Positions 36,003 to 49,403 of a DNA stretch of 64,000 bases are shown in pieces (positions within the stretch are counted from its first letter, which is position 1; each line of letters begins with the position of its first letter). Made by a program: the position numbers and the translations under genes. Under the pieces are notes generated by a model. That model saw only the letters and a program-made list of their open reading frames with translations, ran no database searches and was not told where the DNA came from. The stretch spans positions 16,988,001-17,052,000 of the forward strand of contig JBHGNT010000008.1 in assembly GCA_043228905.1 (NCBI GenBank). The letters are read 5' to 3'. The stretch is from Azolla caroliniana (taxonomy: Eukaryota; Plantae; Polypodiophyta).

Positions 36003-38839
36003 GTAGGTGCCAATTTCCCGAGCTGTTTCAACTCCTCGCCAGTTGATTCATCAATGAGTATACCATCGAACCCCAACATGTAACTTTCCCCTGTCTTCTC
36101 GGGCAACCCCCTCTTTGCGAGAATCTCGAGGTCTTTGGCATGAAGTTCCCTCCCATTCACATAGACTTGCGTTGTCCCATTTGAGCATTGCTGTGGCATT
36201 GGATAGCTAAGCTCTTCAATGAATGGCTGCAAAATGTAGCAAATAACAAATATCCAAGTGAAACCCATGTATTATATTAGTCAATCAATCATTAATTATA
36301 TGTTGACTCAATTAAAATAATAATTAGACTATATTTATAGGGCATTCATTGCATATCGAACTGATTAATACATAGATAGAATTCTACTTACCGGTAGTAT
36401 TCCAAGGCAGGGCCCCCCCACAACCCCCCAAAAACCAGCTTTGCAATCATACCTAAGATCAAAAGTTTTTTAAGAACTGATTAGAACAAAAGTCATTGCA
36501 TAATGAGGAAAACTATTAATTGTGATGTCTTTTAATCTATACACACCAATAGGATCCTGGCCTCAACTTTCCAGCCCGCTCCTCAGCTTTCTTGAGAGAT
36601 GATTTCGATAAGACCTCACCATTCACAATCACCCTTTGTTTCGAGTTGCTAACAAAGAAATTTCTTTTCTCGGATGTATAGTCTTTCAACCTAAGTTTCT
36701 TAAGCAAGCTCGAGACTGATCTTTGAACATCTTTTGCTTCCCCTTCTCCCCTCCTTGAAGATGATTCTTTTACATGTATGGCGTCGCTACTAAAAACCCG
36801 ACGTTTCCCATAGCCTTTTGTGATATGGTTAGTTGTGCTCGGGGTGCTCCGACAAGAGAACATGAGTTGAGGTTCTCTTTCACCTTCATCTTCCGAATAC
36901 GCATTCCCTGTAAAGTTTCTCATTGGGGATGTACAGCTTGTGCAAGCAATATTTGGCATCACCTCCTCTTCATGTGGATAAGTCTCGAATTCTTGTGTGG
37001 CTATTGCATTCACCCAATCTTGGATGGCAATTAATTTGTTGGGAAAAACACCATCTTCGATCTCATTAGGACTATGCCTAATTACCCCATCGGGGTTCAT
37101 CTTCGAAAAGAGTAGATCATTTGTCTTAGAATCATCCATACTGGATGATGGTTCACGTAATTCAACGTCATTTGATTTATCAAGTAATTCAATCCCATTG
37201 GATGTGTCATTTACTTTAACCCCATCGGCCGTGGAATCATACTGACGCTTCAATCCAAAGCTCACATTATGTGATTCAAACCCATTGGTTGAATCACAGT
37301 GTAGCTTAACCTCATTGGTTGAATCACATTGTGGCTTCTTAATAGCATTGGTTGAATCATATGGTAGCTTCGCTCCCTTGGTTGAATCACATTTTAGATC
37401 CACCCCATTGGATGAATTGATCCTTAGCTTACCAATTTTTGATGAATTAATTTGTATCTTACCCACTCTTGATTTATCAAAATGCAGCTCACCAGTAATC
37501 AATGAATCAAATTGCTGCTTATCACTTCTTGATGAATCAAAGTGTAGCTTACCCCCTCTTGATTTATTGAATTGTAGCTTATCACTTCTAGATGAATTAA
37601 ACTGTAGCTTACAATTATTTGATAAATTAGATTGCAGCTTATCACTATTTGACGAATCGAGTGGATTGTTTCCGCGAAGCAAATCATATAGTTTAACTCG
37701 ACGGTGTGTCACCTCATCTGATTTTATATGCCTCTCCTCAATATAGTCTTTTGACACATTGACTCCACTCGAATCCACACTCTGGCGAGGACGGAAATTA
37801 TCGATCCTTGTGAATTGACTCGAGAAGAGTCGTTCGGAATCAGATCCATGGAGAGCATCGGGGCCAGAAATAAGCGATGAAGTGACCACATCTGATGCAG
37901 GAATCCCTCTCCGGTGGAGCTGATCAGAGGGGAATGTGGATATGTTCAAGCATTGAGCACATTTGAGCTTGAGGTTAGGATTAGGTCCGTCGAGGTGAGG
38001 GAGGGGGAAAGGAAGAAGAAGCAAGTTTGAGCAATGTTGGCAGAGGACATACGGATTCGGACGCGGATGCGGATGTGGATGTGGATCAAAGTCATTAGCA
38101 TGGGCATGAAGTGGATATGGATATGTATGTGGATCAATAACATGGGGTTTATGTGAATAATCAGTTTCATCTGGATGTGGATGTGGGTGTGGATCAGTAA
38201 TATTGGCATGATGTGGATGTGGATGGGGATGTGGATATGGATAGGGATGTGGATGGGGATGGGGATATGCATATGCATATGCATATGGATGTGGACATGA
38301 TAGTGGTTGCTGTGTTTCATCCACATGTGGAGGTATATGATGAGTTTGATCAAGATGTTTATGCGGATTTGTCTGTGTATATGGATACAGCATCCATGGA
38401 GGAGGTGAGGCATAGTAACACACACGGTGATGAAGTGGATGATGACAGTATGTGGTTACATGGTAGCAGGGCCCGAAAAGGGGGCTCCATGTGGGCATCA
38501 GATGGCCACATATCGGTTGTGACTTGGAATCTACACAGACATTACGACCTGCCAAATCCACCATAGCATAAGAACCTCAAAAAACGTGGTATCATTATCA
38601 TCATCATCATCACAAAACAGAGAAAAGAATCAATTAGAACAGACAACAGACACATATAATGCGAGAACGAGAGACAGAGACCAGGTTTTTAGAAAGAAAA
38701 AAAAATATGAAACCCTAAGCGAAATGTAGCCGTTTAACATACCGCTAAGCTCATGAAATGATGCGGATCGTTTCAACGGGGAGTGGTGCCGCTTGTCTGG
38801 ATCGAGCTTTAAGGGAAAGGTCGATCCTACAGCAGGCAT
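36003..38839 (-). CDS. Zinc-ribbon / extra-large-G-protein-like (DUF3133, EDR4-related family) protein; exons 38839-38743 (tentative), 38575-36547, 36452-36392, 36226-36003; last exon not located
   Basis: CQHCSNLL..LKCAQC zinc ribbon; spliced C-terminus KAEERAGKLRPGSYWYDCKAGFWGVVGGPCLGILPPFIEELSYPMP..VNGRELH..LGKLAPT; intron phases consistent. Confidence 0.85.
37280..37660 (-). repeat. Coding 33-bp (11-aa) tandem repeat, about 11 copies
   Basis: Periodic GATGAATCA..TGTAGCTTA; peptide S-x-x-x-K-L-x-F/C-D/N-S. Confidence 0.85.
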
Positions 38840-40003
38840 GGTGGAGGCGGGAGAAGGAGGTCTGTGTATAGTAGGCTGTGCAGTAAAGATAACACACACA
38901 CTTCTCCGTTTCTTCTTCTTCTTCTTCTTCTTCTTCTTCTTCTTCTTCTTGTGGGCGATGGAGGTCTGTATGCAGAGTGTGGAAAAGCTGCTCTGTTCCT
39001 CCTTCAGTGGATTCTTCGCTTATTTCCGCCATGTCTTCTTCTTCTTCATCATCATCATCATCATCATCATCTGATCGCCGAGCTCGCCATAGCCAAACCA
39101 AATTAAATTCCACATTTAATTAAAACCCCTAATTTTGAAATTTTTATATATACTAATATGTAATCCATACAAAGAAGCAGAAAAATTAAAAAATAAAACA
39201 GAGGAAGAAGAAAACCCTCTCCTTTTTGTCATGTGTGTGTTTTTTTTTTTCCATTTACTACTACTACTCTTCAAACTCAATTCTATTCCATACATTTTTT
39301 CAATCTTTTGTGTGTGGTTTCCTTTGAGGAGGTGTTTCGGATCGTGAGAAAGCGTGTGTAGCAACAGGAGGCTCAGTATCTGGTGATGGATGATATACAC
39401 ACATGAATCCCTCCTGGACTCTCTTAGCGTCTCCGCATCTGCTCTTTGATGTGTGTATGTGTCTGTGTCTATATCCACTGTTTGTGTCTATATCCAATGT
39501 CTGTGATTGTGCCTAGTGTTTGTGTTTGTGTGATTGCCTGGTGTCTGTGTTTGCTTGCTTGTGATTGAGATTGAGATTGAGAGTCATGTCTAATGTTTGT
39601 GCTTGTGTTTGTGTGATTGTGTCTGGTGTTTTGTGTTTGTATGCTTGTGTTTGTGATTGTGTGGTTGTGGTTGTGGTTGTGTTTATGTGTTTGTGATTAG
39701 TGTGGGTAATACATACATATATGTATGTCACACGCATATTGTGTGTGTGCATATGCAATGTTTGTGTATTGTATGTATATGTACCTTTGCTTAATCTTGC
39801 ATTCGCTTTCCTCAGTTCCGCACTCCGCTATCAATGTGTGTTTGTGACCATCCCAAATCCTCCTCTTAAACTGAAGTAGCTGTATTTTTTGTGCATGCTT
39901 TGTTGTTGTTACAAATACTTGTTAGTTAGCATGTTATGCCGCACCGACAAATCCAAACCTAAATATGTTCATTACAATTTGAGCATGCATGAACTGACAC
40001 GAT

Positions 40004-40005
<2 letters not shown>

Positions 40006-40057
<52 letters not shown>
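40006..40057. repeat. (TC)n microsatellite
   Basis: Pure dinucleotide run. Confidence 0.95.
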
Positions 40058-40060
<3 letters not shown>

Positions 40061-43000
40061 ATATATATATACACACACATACACTCACTGTTTGGGGGAG
40101 GGAGGTATGGGATAGAAAACAAAGTAACCCCATTGATATACCGTCGAGGGATATTGAGCAATCAAACAAAGCCTGCCATATATAATACAATATTATCTGT
40201 CATGTAAATGATAGTACCTAATAACAAGACAATAGTTATGCAGTTCTGCAATGTACTGCCCCCACAAAACATGCTTTTTGGGAGTATTGGAAATATGTGA
40301 GAGTGAGTGAACGGAAGGTTCCTTGCTCGCATTTCTTTTCGCAATTGTGAAATGGCTAATATTTTGTAATGACTCTCTTCGTTTTTTCCTTCTCCTTTTC
40401 AACGACGTAGGCATGTGCAATTTGAACGTCCTAATTCAGGGACCACAACACTTATGACACTTCACTCATCATTGAACTTGTTTGATATACCTACCCTGTT
40501 TTCCACAAGTTGTTTAATATTTGTCTACCTAGCACATATAGCATTCTCAATCAGTTTGCCTTTTTTAATTTCTAGTATTTTTTTCGGATTTTACGATATG
40601 AGCACACACAATTGTGCTCGAAAAATCTTTCTTTTGATTGATGTGTAACTTTGGTTGCAATTTCTAAACCTGTACCCTTTTTTGAATCAGGCCATGCATC
40701 AATCTTTTTGCAAGGGCATTTTACCCTCTCAAAATAGTTCTAAATAACAAAATTAAATTTCATCACCAAAATAGCTCAAGATGGCCAATGCTACTAAAAG
40801 TGGCCATGAACAAGCTACAAATTACAAAATATCATTGGTAAGAAAACTTCCGTACGTTCTACAAGGGTTTCAATACTTGCGAAACCTCTATATCACATTT
40901 GTTCCAAGCCTATTTTCTAATTTAAAAACCTTACCGATGGTGTTTCCATAAAGATGATACAATGTTTTCCCTTGACAATTTTCCTGTATACCCCCTTCAC
41001 ATGGCACCTTTATGCATATGATAAAATGTGTTGAAAAGAGGCTCTAAAATCCTATCTTTGTTGGACTCGTTTGTTATGGTCCCTTATTATAAATGGCACC
41101 TCCTTCCCCAACTATTAAAACTCGAGACTATTGAAAGATTTCTAATGCTACCAATCAAAATTAAAGAAACATTTATTTATATTTTTCATTAGGTTATCTA
41201 ATAAAGCTTGTCCATTCTCTAATGTTCTTTAATGAAACACGTCAATTTCTCAGGGTTTCTTTCATGACCATTATGCTTTAAATATATGCGAACGCCTTTA
41301 CTAATCAAGACTTGAATCGAACGTTTCCAAAGTTTCTCTTCAAGAGGTCAATTTTTGTTGGACACCAACACATAGCATACATGTGTTCTTTGTTGTGTGA
41401 TTGTTGCACAAACACACTGTCTAATAAATATGCCTCCAAAATCTGAAATGATTGGAATTAATCAATGACACATATTATATTTGAAACACTTTACAAACTT
41501 GATGCTATATCCCAACCCCCAATTATTTAAAGACATGTGACGTTGCTTATGATTAACTTCAACTTTTGTCTTAGTTACCTTTAATATATTTGTGAAGCAT
41601 TGTTTGCTCCAATACGTGTTGAATAGGTACATGAGAGAATTTGTGGCAATTAACTTGAGGATCGTCGCAATCAATCCCCAACTGTTCATCATTATTGGCT
41701 CTCGCAATGCAAGAGCATACTCTTTATTGTACATGCTAACCACAATTCATGTTTCCGGTTTTTAAAGTCCTTAAAATCACAATGATATCGAAGTCATCGT
41801 CTCTTTATAAGTCATGAAAGCATAAAAGTGTGTTTTGATTGTTTCACACTCCTTTTCCTTCATCTTTTTATCCATTTAATATTCTTCGCACTAGTTTAAT
41901 TTATTTCTTTATCTTTTGCCTTTTATAAGACAATGTTATCATTTTCAACCCTTGAGCTGTGGGCAACAAAATCGTAAAGTTTGTTGTTCTTTTTAGGAAG
42001 ACAATTGTGAGTGAACGATCTCAAAGTCAAAATATAAATTTAATTCGTTTCTTAGATTGAGCACAATACTACCTTAACGTCACCGAAAAAGTAGCTGAGA
42101 TTCACATTCAAACTGTAGTTTTATATGCTATGCCACATGCCAATAATACAAAATCCATGCCACCCATCTTTTTAAGGATTGAACATGTTGATGATAGACT
42201 GAGTCATTGAGTTAAAACTGCACAACCTTGTGGCATGTGAATGTTATCACATGTGTTTGCAACATGCCATAAAACTCTGTAAGGTCTTCAAATTTTAGGA
42301 ATTGATTCTTAACTAGCCATGCCACACAAACATATAGTTGTGATTATAAACATCTAATAACATCTAACATTGTTATGTCCAACTTTCAACAAGGATATAT
42401 AATCTTTGTAATCAATATGTTAAATTGACATTGACATTAAGCGTTTTCCCGAAATTATATGACTCTATCAAATTCCATGGAGAAAATAAGGGTCTATTTA
42501 TAGCCTAACAATTATCATTCAAGGATTTTGTGAACTTTTGGTTGTTTCTATTATGAATATTTAAGAAATATCTTCCTAATTGTACAATGAATTAAGCAAA
42601 TACAACTACATAGTTGCTTAAAACAAAAGCTAAAACTAGGAAGGTTTAAAATACTAACCTATTTTTTAAACTTTCAAGGTTTTGTGGCCTATAATTCCGT
42701 CCAACCATTTGTATTTTGCAAGTCCAAGGCGTTCCTATTTTTACCTTGCTATCAACTTCTATCTTGTCACGTGGTCACAAACCACGGTCCAAGAGTACCC
42801 TCAAAAAGGTTTATTGGTAAGGATAAGTAAACGTACATGGCTTTCTTGTTGACGCTCCCACACAAAGGATCCTTGCCACATGGTTGAGTACTTAAAAAGC
42901 TAATCTAGAAAGTTCTTACTAGAAGCCTTGCACGTAAATCATCAACAAGGCTACATATCCTGAATATTGACATCAACCATGATTGGTAAGGGTTCTCAAA

Positions 43001-43819
43001 TTTACCATATAGAAAGCAAATTGTTCTTCATTAGGATGTAGTCTTGATATTGTATATGTCATGTTTAGCAAGCATAAATTCATACATCTATTGATTCCAA
43101 TGATGATTGTGATGTAAAGCCCAACACTCATGGTTGATGTGCATAATGTATACAACCCACTCACATGGAGGCACTAAGAATACATTACATGCTTAATATG
43201 TGATTACATGCTTAGTATGAATGCATTAAGAGCTTATTGATGATGGCTTGGGGTCACTATTTCTCCATAACAATGATTTGAAGGTATTTGATATACGAGA
43301 TGTTTGTCGGGGTCTTTAATTGATTGCCCCATTTAGAGATCACACTCATATTATTTCGTCGGCTCATATATGAATGGGACCCATGGAACCATCTTGTTTA
43401 ATACATCAAGCAAACTCTAACACATAGTGTTGCTTGTAATGGAGCATGAGTTGCCGAAAGTGGCATGACAAATATATTACTTCACAAACTCTACAATGAT
43501 AGGAGACATGCTCTTGAGGACACTTTATTGAATGAGTTGCCAATTTATTGACAGAGGAGGTATGATAAAGTAATTGCACATTTGGAGAGTACATTGTGCC
43601 GAACTATGTGAGAAGATGTTACGATCTTTTTTATTGCACCGTAACGTGTTAATAAAGCATTTTTTATAAACTATAATTGGTGTAGATGCTTACATTGATG
43701 CATTAGTATAAAGTTTAAAATTGTTTTGAAAGTTATTGTATATTTTAGGTATGGGCATTAGATGGTGTACTTTTTTTTTCTTATAAAAAAATGGGAATTC
43801 CAATTTTCATTTTTCTTGT

Positions 43820-44085
43820 AGGTGACGTTATTGCAAATATGGAGTGAGGTTGTAGCCATGCTAAAGAGCCAATACGATGGCATCATGGGCAGATCCGAAG
43901 GAGCCGAAAGACAATGCATAGCCTTCATCCAACAATGGTCGTCCTCTCCCTTTCTTGAATCAATGAGCTTCCACATAAGATGTAAGTTGGAACTATCGAG
44001 CCCCTTCTTGTTGTTTGTATATAACATTCACGATTGGAAATTTTTATAACTAATGCAAAGAGTTTTTTGTTTTGGATAAAAAAAC
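43820..44085 (+). mobile_element. Short 3' fragment of the LINE family at 55.9-57.6 kb
   Basis: LLQIWSEVVAMLKSQYDG...FIQQWSSSPFLES matches 57335-57490; shared 3' tail. Confidence 0.85.
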
Positions 44086-44579
44086 ATTTTTCTTGTTTTA
44101 ATATCTATGTGGCGATATAAATCATTCATCACTCTTTCATTCTCTTTCTCCTCTCTATCATCTTTCCAATGTATGGATGGACGGTGGACCTATCATTCTT
44201 TATTAATCCTTAGAGCATGCATGTGAAACTTTGTATCGTCTTGTTTTCATAGATTTTTTAAAGAAGACGATGAAAGTGTTATGGGTTTTCAGAAATTTAT
44301 GTTTGTTTCTCACATTGGAAAGTTGTATACAATCATATATTTTTTCTTTGATGATTGTAATTGTCTTTCATCTCTTATCATACTATTCTTTAATAGTTTG
44401 GAACCCTTTATTGAAGTTCTCGTATTGTTCATTTGTTAAAAAAAGAGTGTAATTGTCAAAGTTCTATGGATATATACTTTTCCCCATTTAGAGTTGAACG
44501 AGAGATCTTGTAACTTTTTTTGAAGGTTTTAATAAATATTCCCCTATAGCATTTACACTGGTTCACAAATTGTATTTCG

Positions 44580-44722
44580 TTGGTGTAAGTTTTATGATAT
44601 TTTAAAGTTAGTAGTAGTGGTGTAAGTTTTATGACCTTCTAAAAGTTATCAATAGCTATGTAAGTTTTATTACCTTTTGAAGTTACTACTAGTCGTGCAA
44701 GTTTTATGATATTTTAAAGTTA
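44580..44722. repeat. ~39-bp tandem repeat, 4 copies
   Basis: GTAAGTTTTATGA..TT.TAAAGTTA units. Confidence 0.75.
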
Positions 44723-46545
44723 ACACCATTTACGTGTTATCCTCATTTAAAATTTGCATTATTAGTGTGACCTTAAAACTTAACAACTCAGATGTGTGAA
44801 ATCTTTCATTGTAGATTCTCATTGACATGGAATGTTTATGAAGAATTATGATCGAGATGCTAGCTAGATTCCGTGGTCATTATGAGAGAGATAACCTAAT
44901 GCTCACAAAAAACTTTCTATTATTTGCTTATTTAGGATATGCTTGCAATTCAGATGCTTCTCAAACTCACATTATATTAGGTACCCCTTAGAAATCTTTG
45001 TTATTTTTTGAAGTATTCTCAACCAACTAAGGGAATTGGTCATGACAAGACCAAATTTTAAGTCATGAACTATGAAAGAAGCTCAAAGCTTAAGTGTATT
45101 TAGCTTCTTTCATAGATTGCATACTTTTAGGTTAGGTTAGCTTGTGCAAATGCTTGTGAGAGATTTATCAAAGGTATACATTTGACTCCTTTATTTGGTG
45201 CTAGATGATGAATGAGTGGAAAAAAGTACGAAGATAGACATGTTTGGTTGCATAAGAGTGCACATAGAACTCATGGGAAACAATCCTTGCACATATAAAA
45301 GATTATGATATAAATGTAGTATAAACATAGACGAATACTTATCGATCATGCCATGATCAATACGGCAATAACGATGATTTTCTTTATGATTAGTTTAAAG
45401 ACAAACTTGGTTTTCATTGAGCAGTGTATAGATTAATTCATTTGTGAAACGTGGTATCATAGATATATCATATAATATTTGTTCGATTATATATTTTTGT
45501 TATGCCATCATTCTTTTTTAATTATTGCAAAAGCTTTGTTTTGGCTCCAAATAACTTGAATTTCGAATTTTAGTTTGCAATGTTCTAGTGCTAAAACAAT
45601 TGTATTATCATTGACTTGCAAAGTCAATGATATTATTTTCAAACCTTGGGTTGCTCAATGGGAATTTGTTTGTAATGTTGTCCCTAAAGTGAATGTAAAT
45701 GGTACAATGAATGTTAACGTGCCATAAGAAAACAATGGTATTGTTTTGAACCCCTCAAATTGTGGAAAATGAATTTGTAAAGCCATATATTTTGTAAAAA
45801 TTGTTAATGTGCATATCTCAAACTTAATAGTCGTGAGCACAACAACAAAGCACGTTCCTTGAAATGATATATTAGGTTGCACGTGGCAACTTGAGTTTAA
45901 AGTTTGATGATGTAGGCCTATGAATCCACAATGGATAAATTTGTCAAATCAAATTAATTATCCAATGAACTGATGTGCACGTAAAAATGTTGTATTGGTC
46001 AATCCTTCTGTTAATGGAATTTATGCCATGTATGAATGCATTGCTTTTGGATTGTGATGTGTTCTTTAAGTATATACTTGCACGTTTATTGATGTATATT
46101 TATTCTTATTTATTTGTTGGGAGCTTCCTTATAACCAAGCTATCATTGAAGAAAGGGAGAATAAGGTCAAATTTTAGATGGAATAACATTGATATTGTAC
46201 AACTTGAATTGGAGGTGACCTCTTCTCACCAAGCCACACAACATATGATCACATGACTAGTAACATAACACCACAATTCACTTAGTTTCCAAAGTCATAG
46301 TAAATTTCCAACGAATGCCAACAAATTGATTGTCGAAATTTCCAATGACGTTTAACAAAGACCAAATTACAATTGTCTTGGAATTTCATGAAACCACAAA
46401 AAATAGAAGCTGGCAAAACAAATCACTTAGATTTCTAACATAACATAGGATCAAACTCTTGGTCACAATAATGTAGAAATAAGGTGGCCAAAGAGAAAGA
46501 GAAGGAAGGATGAGTGCATATTGAAAATATGTAATTTCTTTAAAG

Positions 46546-46615
46546 GCATTGTTCTCCTTCAATTAATATTTGATTACGTAGCATTGTTCTCCTTCAATTA
46601 ATATTTGATTACGTA
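46546..46615. repeat. Perfect 35-bp tandem duplication
   Basis: GCATTGTTCTCCTTCAATTAATATTTGATTACGTA x2. Confidence 0.9.
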
Positions 46616-47394
46616 GGTAAGGGTAGGTCACTAATATTTACAAAACCAAGGGTGCGGGCTAGGCTTTTGCCACGATGTCATGATGTTTTCGACATAAAGT
46701 GTGAAACCACCCCGGATAAGAAATAAAATAGTAGTACAAATAAGCCAAACGTGCCACAAAGAGGAACTCATGCAAGGTACATCGATATTGTGAAGTCAAC
46801 TTTTGTTCATAAGAAATACGTTGCAAATATGTTGGATGCAAAGACAATAAGAATAAAACGTGATATGAAAAATTCAAGTATCAAAGAAGGAAGGAACATG
46901 AAGGGATATAAAGTTACAAACGTTTTTCAAAAGTAGAAAAAAGAAAAAAAAAAGGTGTGGATATGAAGATTTAGGTAAAGAAAAAAGCTCATAACTTCTT
47001 CAATCCAAGATAATAAAAAAACATCTCACAAAGACTCGAGGATATAATAAAATGCAAGAATAATGCAAAACAAAAAACTTCTATTTAGGAGGTTATTATT
47101 AGCCATATATAGAGGAGATGGATCAAATGCGCAATAAAATATTTCATGTTTCCTCTCTCATACTCTCATACTCCAAGCTTTGCTTACGCATAAGTATCTC
47201 CTACTCTAAAGAAGGCAATATTGGATTGATAGAAGAAGGAAGCCCAAAGTGCCTTGACCAAGGAGATGTTCAGAACAAAGGTGGCACATCCGTGGTGCGT
47301 GAAGGGTTATGTGCAAGGAAGGTGGAAGAGACCACGACAACCGGTCGTAGTGGTGCAAAGCTCGGACAAAGGGGTGAATGCACAGAAGAAGACT

Positions 47395-47722
47395 AACACA
47401 CAAAACACGAATGTTCGAACGCCGTTGTAAAAATGTGAGGTGCATGGGCAAGCCTGAATCAACCCCAAGTCACAAGACGAGAAAACACATAAGAGGAAGG
47501 CTAAAAAACAAAGCACAGATGTTCAAATTCCTTTGTGAAAAGGTGAGCTACATGGGCAAGCCTGAATCAACCCCTAATCACGAGCTGAGCAAACGCACCA
47601 ACACACAAAGCACGAATGTTCGAATGCCTTTGTGAAAATGTGAGGTGCATGGGCAAGCCTGAATCAAGCCCAAGTCACAAGACGGGAAAACTCATGAGAG
47701 GAAGGTTGACACACAAAGCACG
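47395..47722 (-). repeat. ~100-110-bp tandem array (3 units), related to the 15-kb array
   Basis: Shares GAGGTGCATGGGCA and GTCACAAGACG with the reverse complement of the 15-kb units. Confidence 0.75.
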
Positions 47723-47725
47723 GGT

Positions 47726-48085
47726 TGGCATGAACACATGAACATCATGGCTTCCCCCGAAATTGAGCTACTTTTTATAATATATTGATTATTGTAAAAA
47801 CTCTGGAACATTATAGAACATTCCTAGAACATCTTAGAATATTCTAGGTGTAGAACATTCTAGAACATTATAGAAATCCCTAGGCTATTCTATAGGAACC
47901 TCCCAAGAACCAGACATACAAGTCTTCTCAAAACAATTCGAATCAAACTGTCAGAACCAATAGAAAAGATAGAGAAAGGAAAGAAAATATAGATGTATTC
48001 AAAGTCTCCAGCCGGTGCTCCTATATTTTTTGTGAAGAAAAAGGACAACTCGCTTCGTTTTGTTGTGGAGTATCGAGGAAATTTA
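47726..48085 (+). mobile_element. Rearranged fragment of the element C family: U3 (+), fold-back into PBS/U5 (-), then RT piece (+)
   Basis: TGGCATGAACACATG start and HSE-like block; AATTCGAATCAA-AC-TGTCAGAACC junction; [27 protein letters not shown]. Confidence 0.8.
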
Positions 48086-48116
48086 ATAATTAAGTCACCA
48101 TAAGAAATAGGAATGA

Positions 48117-49334
48117 TGTTGTCTCCCTCTTGGAGAAACACCTTCGATGAATCTTTCCGAGTAATCGGGTCAAGGAATTGTGGTCGCGTAAGAGACTAGG
48201 GTAGGGCCGAGTAGGGGCCAGACATTACACCTTCTTGGGTTGGACACTTTGAGAATTGGCTACAACCGATTCGTACTCACGACTTATAAAACAGATAACA
48301 CAATCACGATAAAACTTAAGATGAAACAAGCACATGGATGAACCCAAAAATTCTATGAAATTGATTACTGAATAGCTGATACATTGGTATTACAAAAACC
48401 GAGTAAAGTCGGTATCTTTCACTCTCATACTACAGATCTAAAACTTAGGCGCTTTGGATTGAATTAGGGATGTATCGTCTCCCCTTGCTTTTGCTACTTC
48501 CTGATTTATATAGCGTCCTTTCCTCTTGTCGCATTTCCACTACTCTTTCCTGATCATTGACCTTTATTCACGACTACATGTATTTTGGTTACCTACCCCT
48601 TCGGTTGCTAGTGCTCGACTCTTTTCCTCGTTTCACACTTGACCTACTCATTCCTTTTCACACTCTTTCTTTAAGATTCTTTCCACACCTCGTGCCTTTT
48701 GTCCCACGGATAACACCTAGCACGCCTGTGGGATAGTGCCTTGCATGTCGAACCCAAAACCAACCAAAACAATCGAAATCAAGAATATGAAAGAATCGAA
48801 AATGCAATGATACACTTATTCCTCCTCCAAAATTGCCATGAGGCTCTCCACTTACTCCGGCTCGTCCCGTTTAAGCTCTGCCGACAATGCTAGCCCTTGG
48901 TTTGCCCATTCTGAAACGGCTTCTAGGGCATTGTTTGGTTGAGTTTCCTTCTCCTGCTTCAACTCGTCTGGGTGGAGCTCGGCTGATAAACCTAGCTAGC
49001 CGTTGGTTTGTAACTACCGACTTAGCTTCTGAAGCCAATTCCTCCTGCTTTGGCTTTGTGGCTAGTTCAACCACTGGTTCTATCTCGGGTCTGAGCATGT
49101 CACAACTTCTTCTTTCGGCCCCTTTGTTGCACCTTCGGGCAATTATTCTGTTGATGCTTGTTTCGCGGCTTCGGCTTCCTTCTTGGCTCAGAGGTGCTCG
49201 CGTTCATATCCTTTTGTTTCAATGGCGAGCAACAGTTGATCATTGTTGAATTCCTCAAGGAGGGTTCCGATGGCCGTGGTGTGTGTTTGTGCCAAGGCTC
49301 GGAGTTCCTCAATGTGAAGGATTATGTGCGGAAG
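48117..49334 (-). mobile_element. 3' end of element F, a relative of element E (LTR 48117-48715, tRNA-like motif, ORF3 remnant), cut by a copia insertion
   Basis: LTR termini TGTTG..CGGATAACA and internal GGCTACAACCGA shared with E; ORF remnant ends ILEEE* as in E. Confidence 0.8.
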
Positions 49335-49360
49335 TGTTAGACAGACCGGCCTAGCCGAGT

Positions 49361-49403
<43 letters not shown>

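Noticed and set aside
38751-39113. Acidic poly-D/E ORF as first exon of the zinc-ribbon gene
   Set aside because: Mostly GAT/GAA microsatellite, and the only apparent intron linking it would be under 45 nt
40700-43700. Highly decayed LINE ORF2 remnant
   Set aside because: Only faint motif echoes and no sustained frame; cannot be supported without an HMM search
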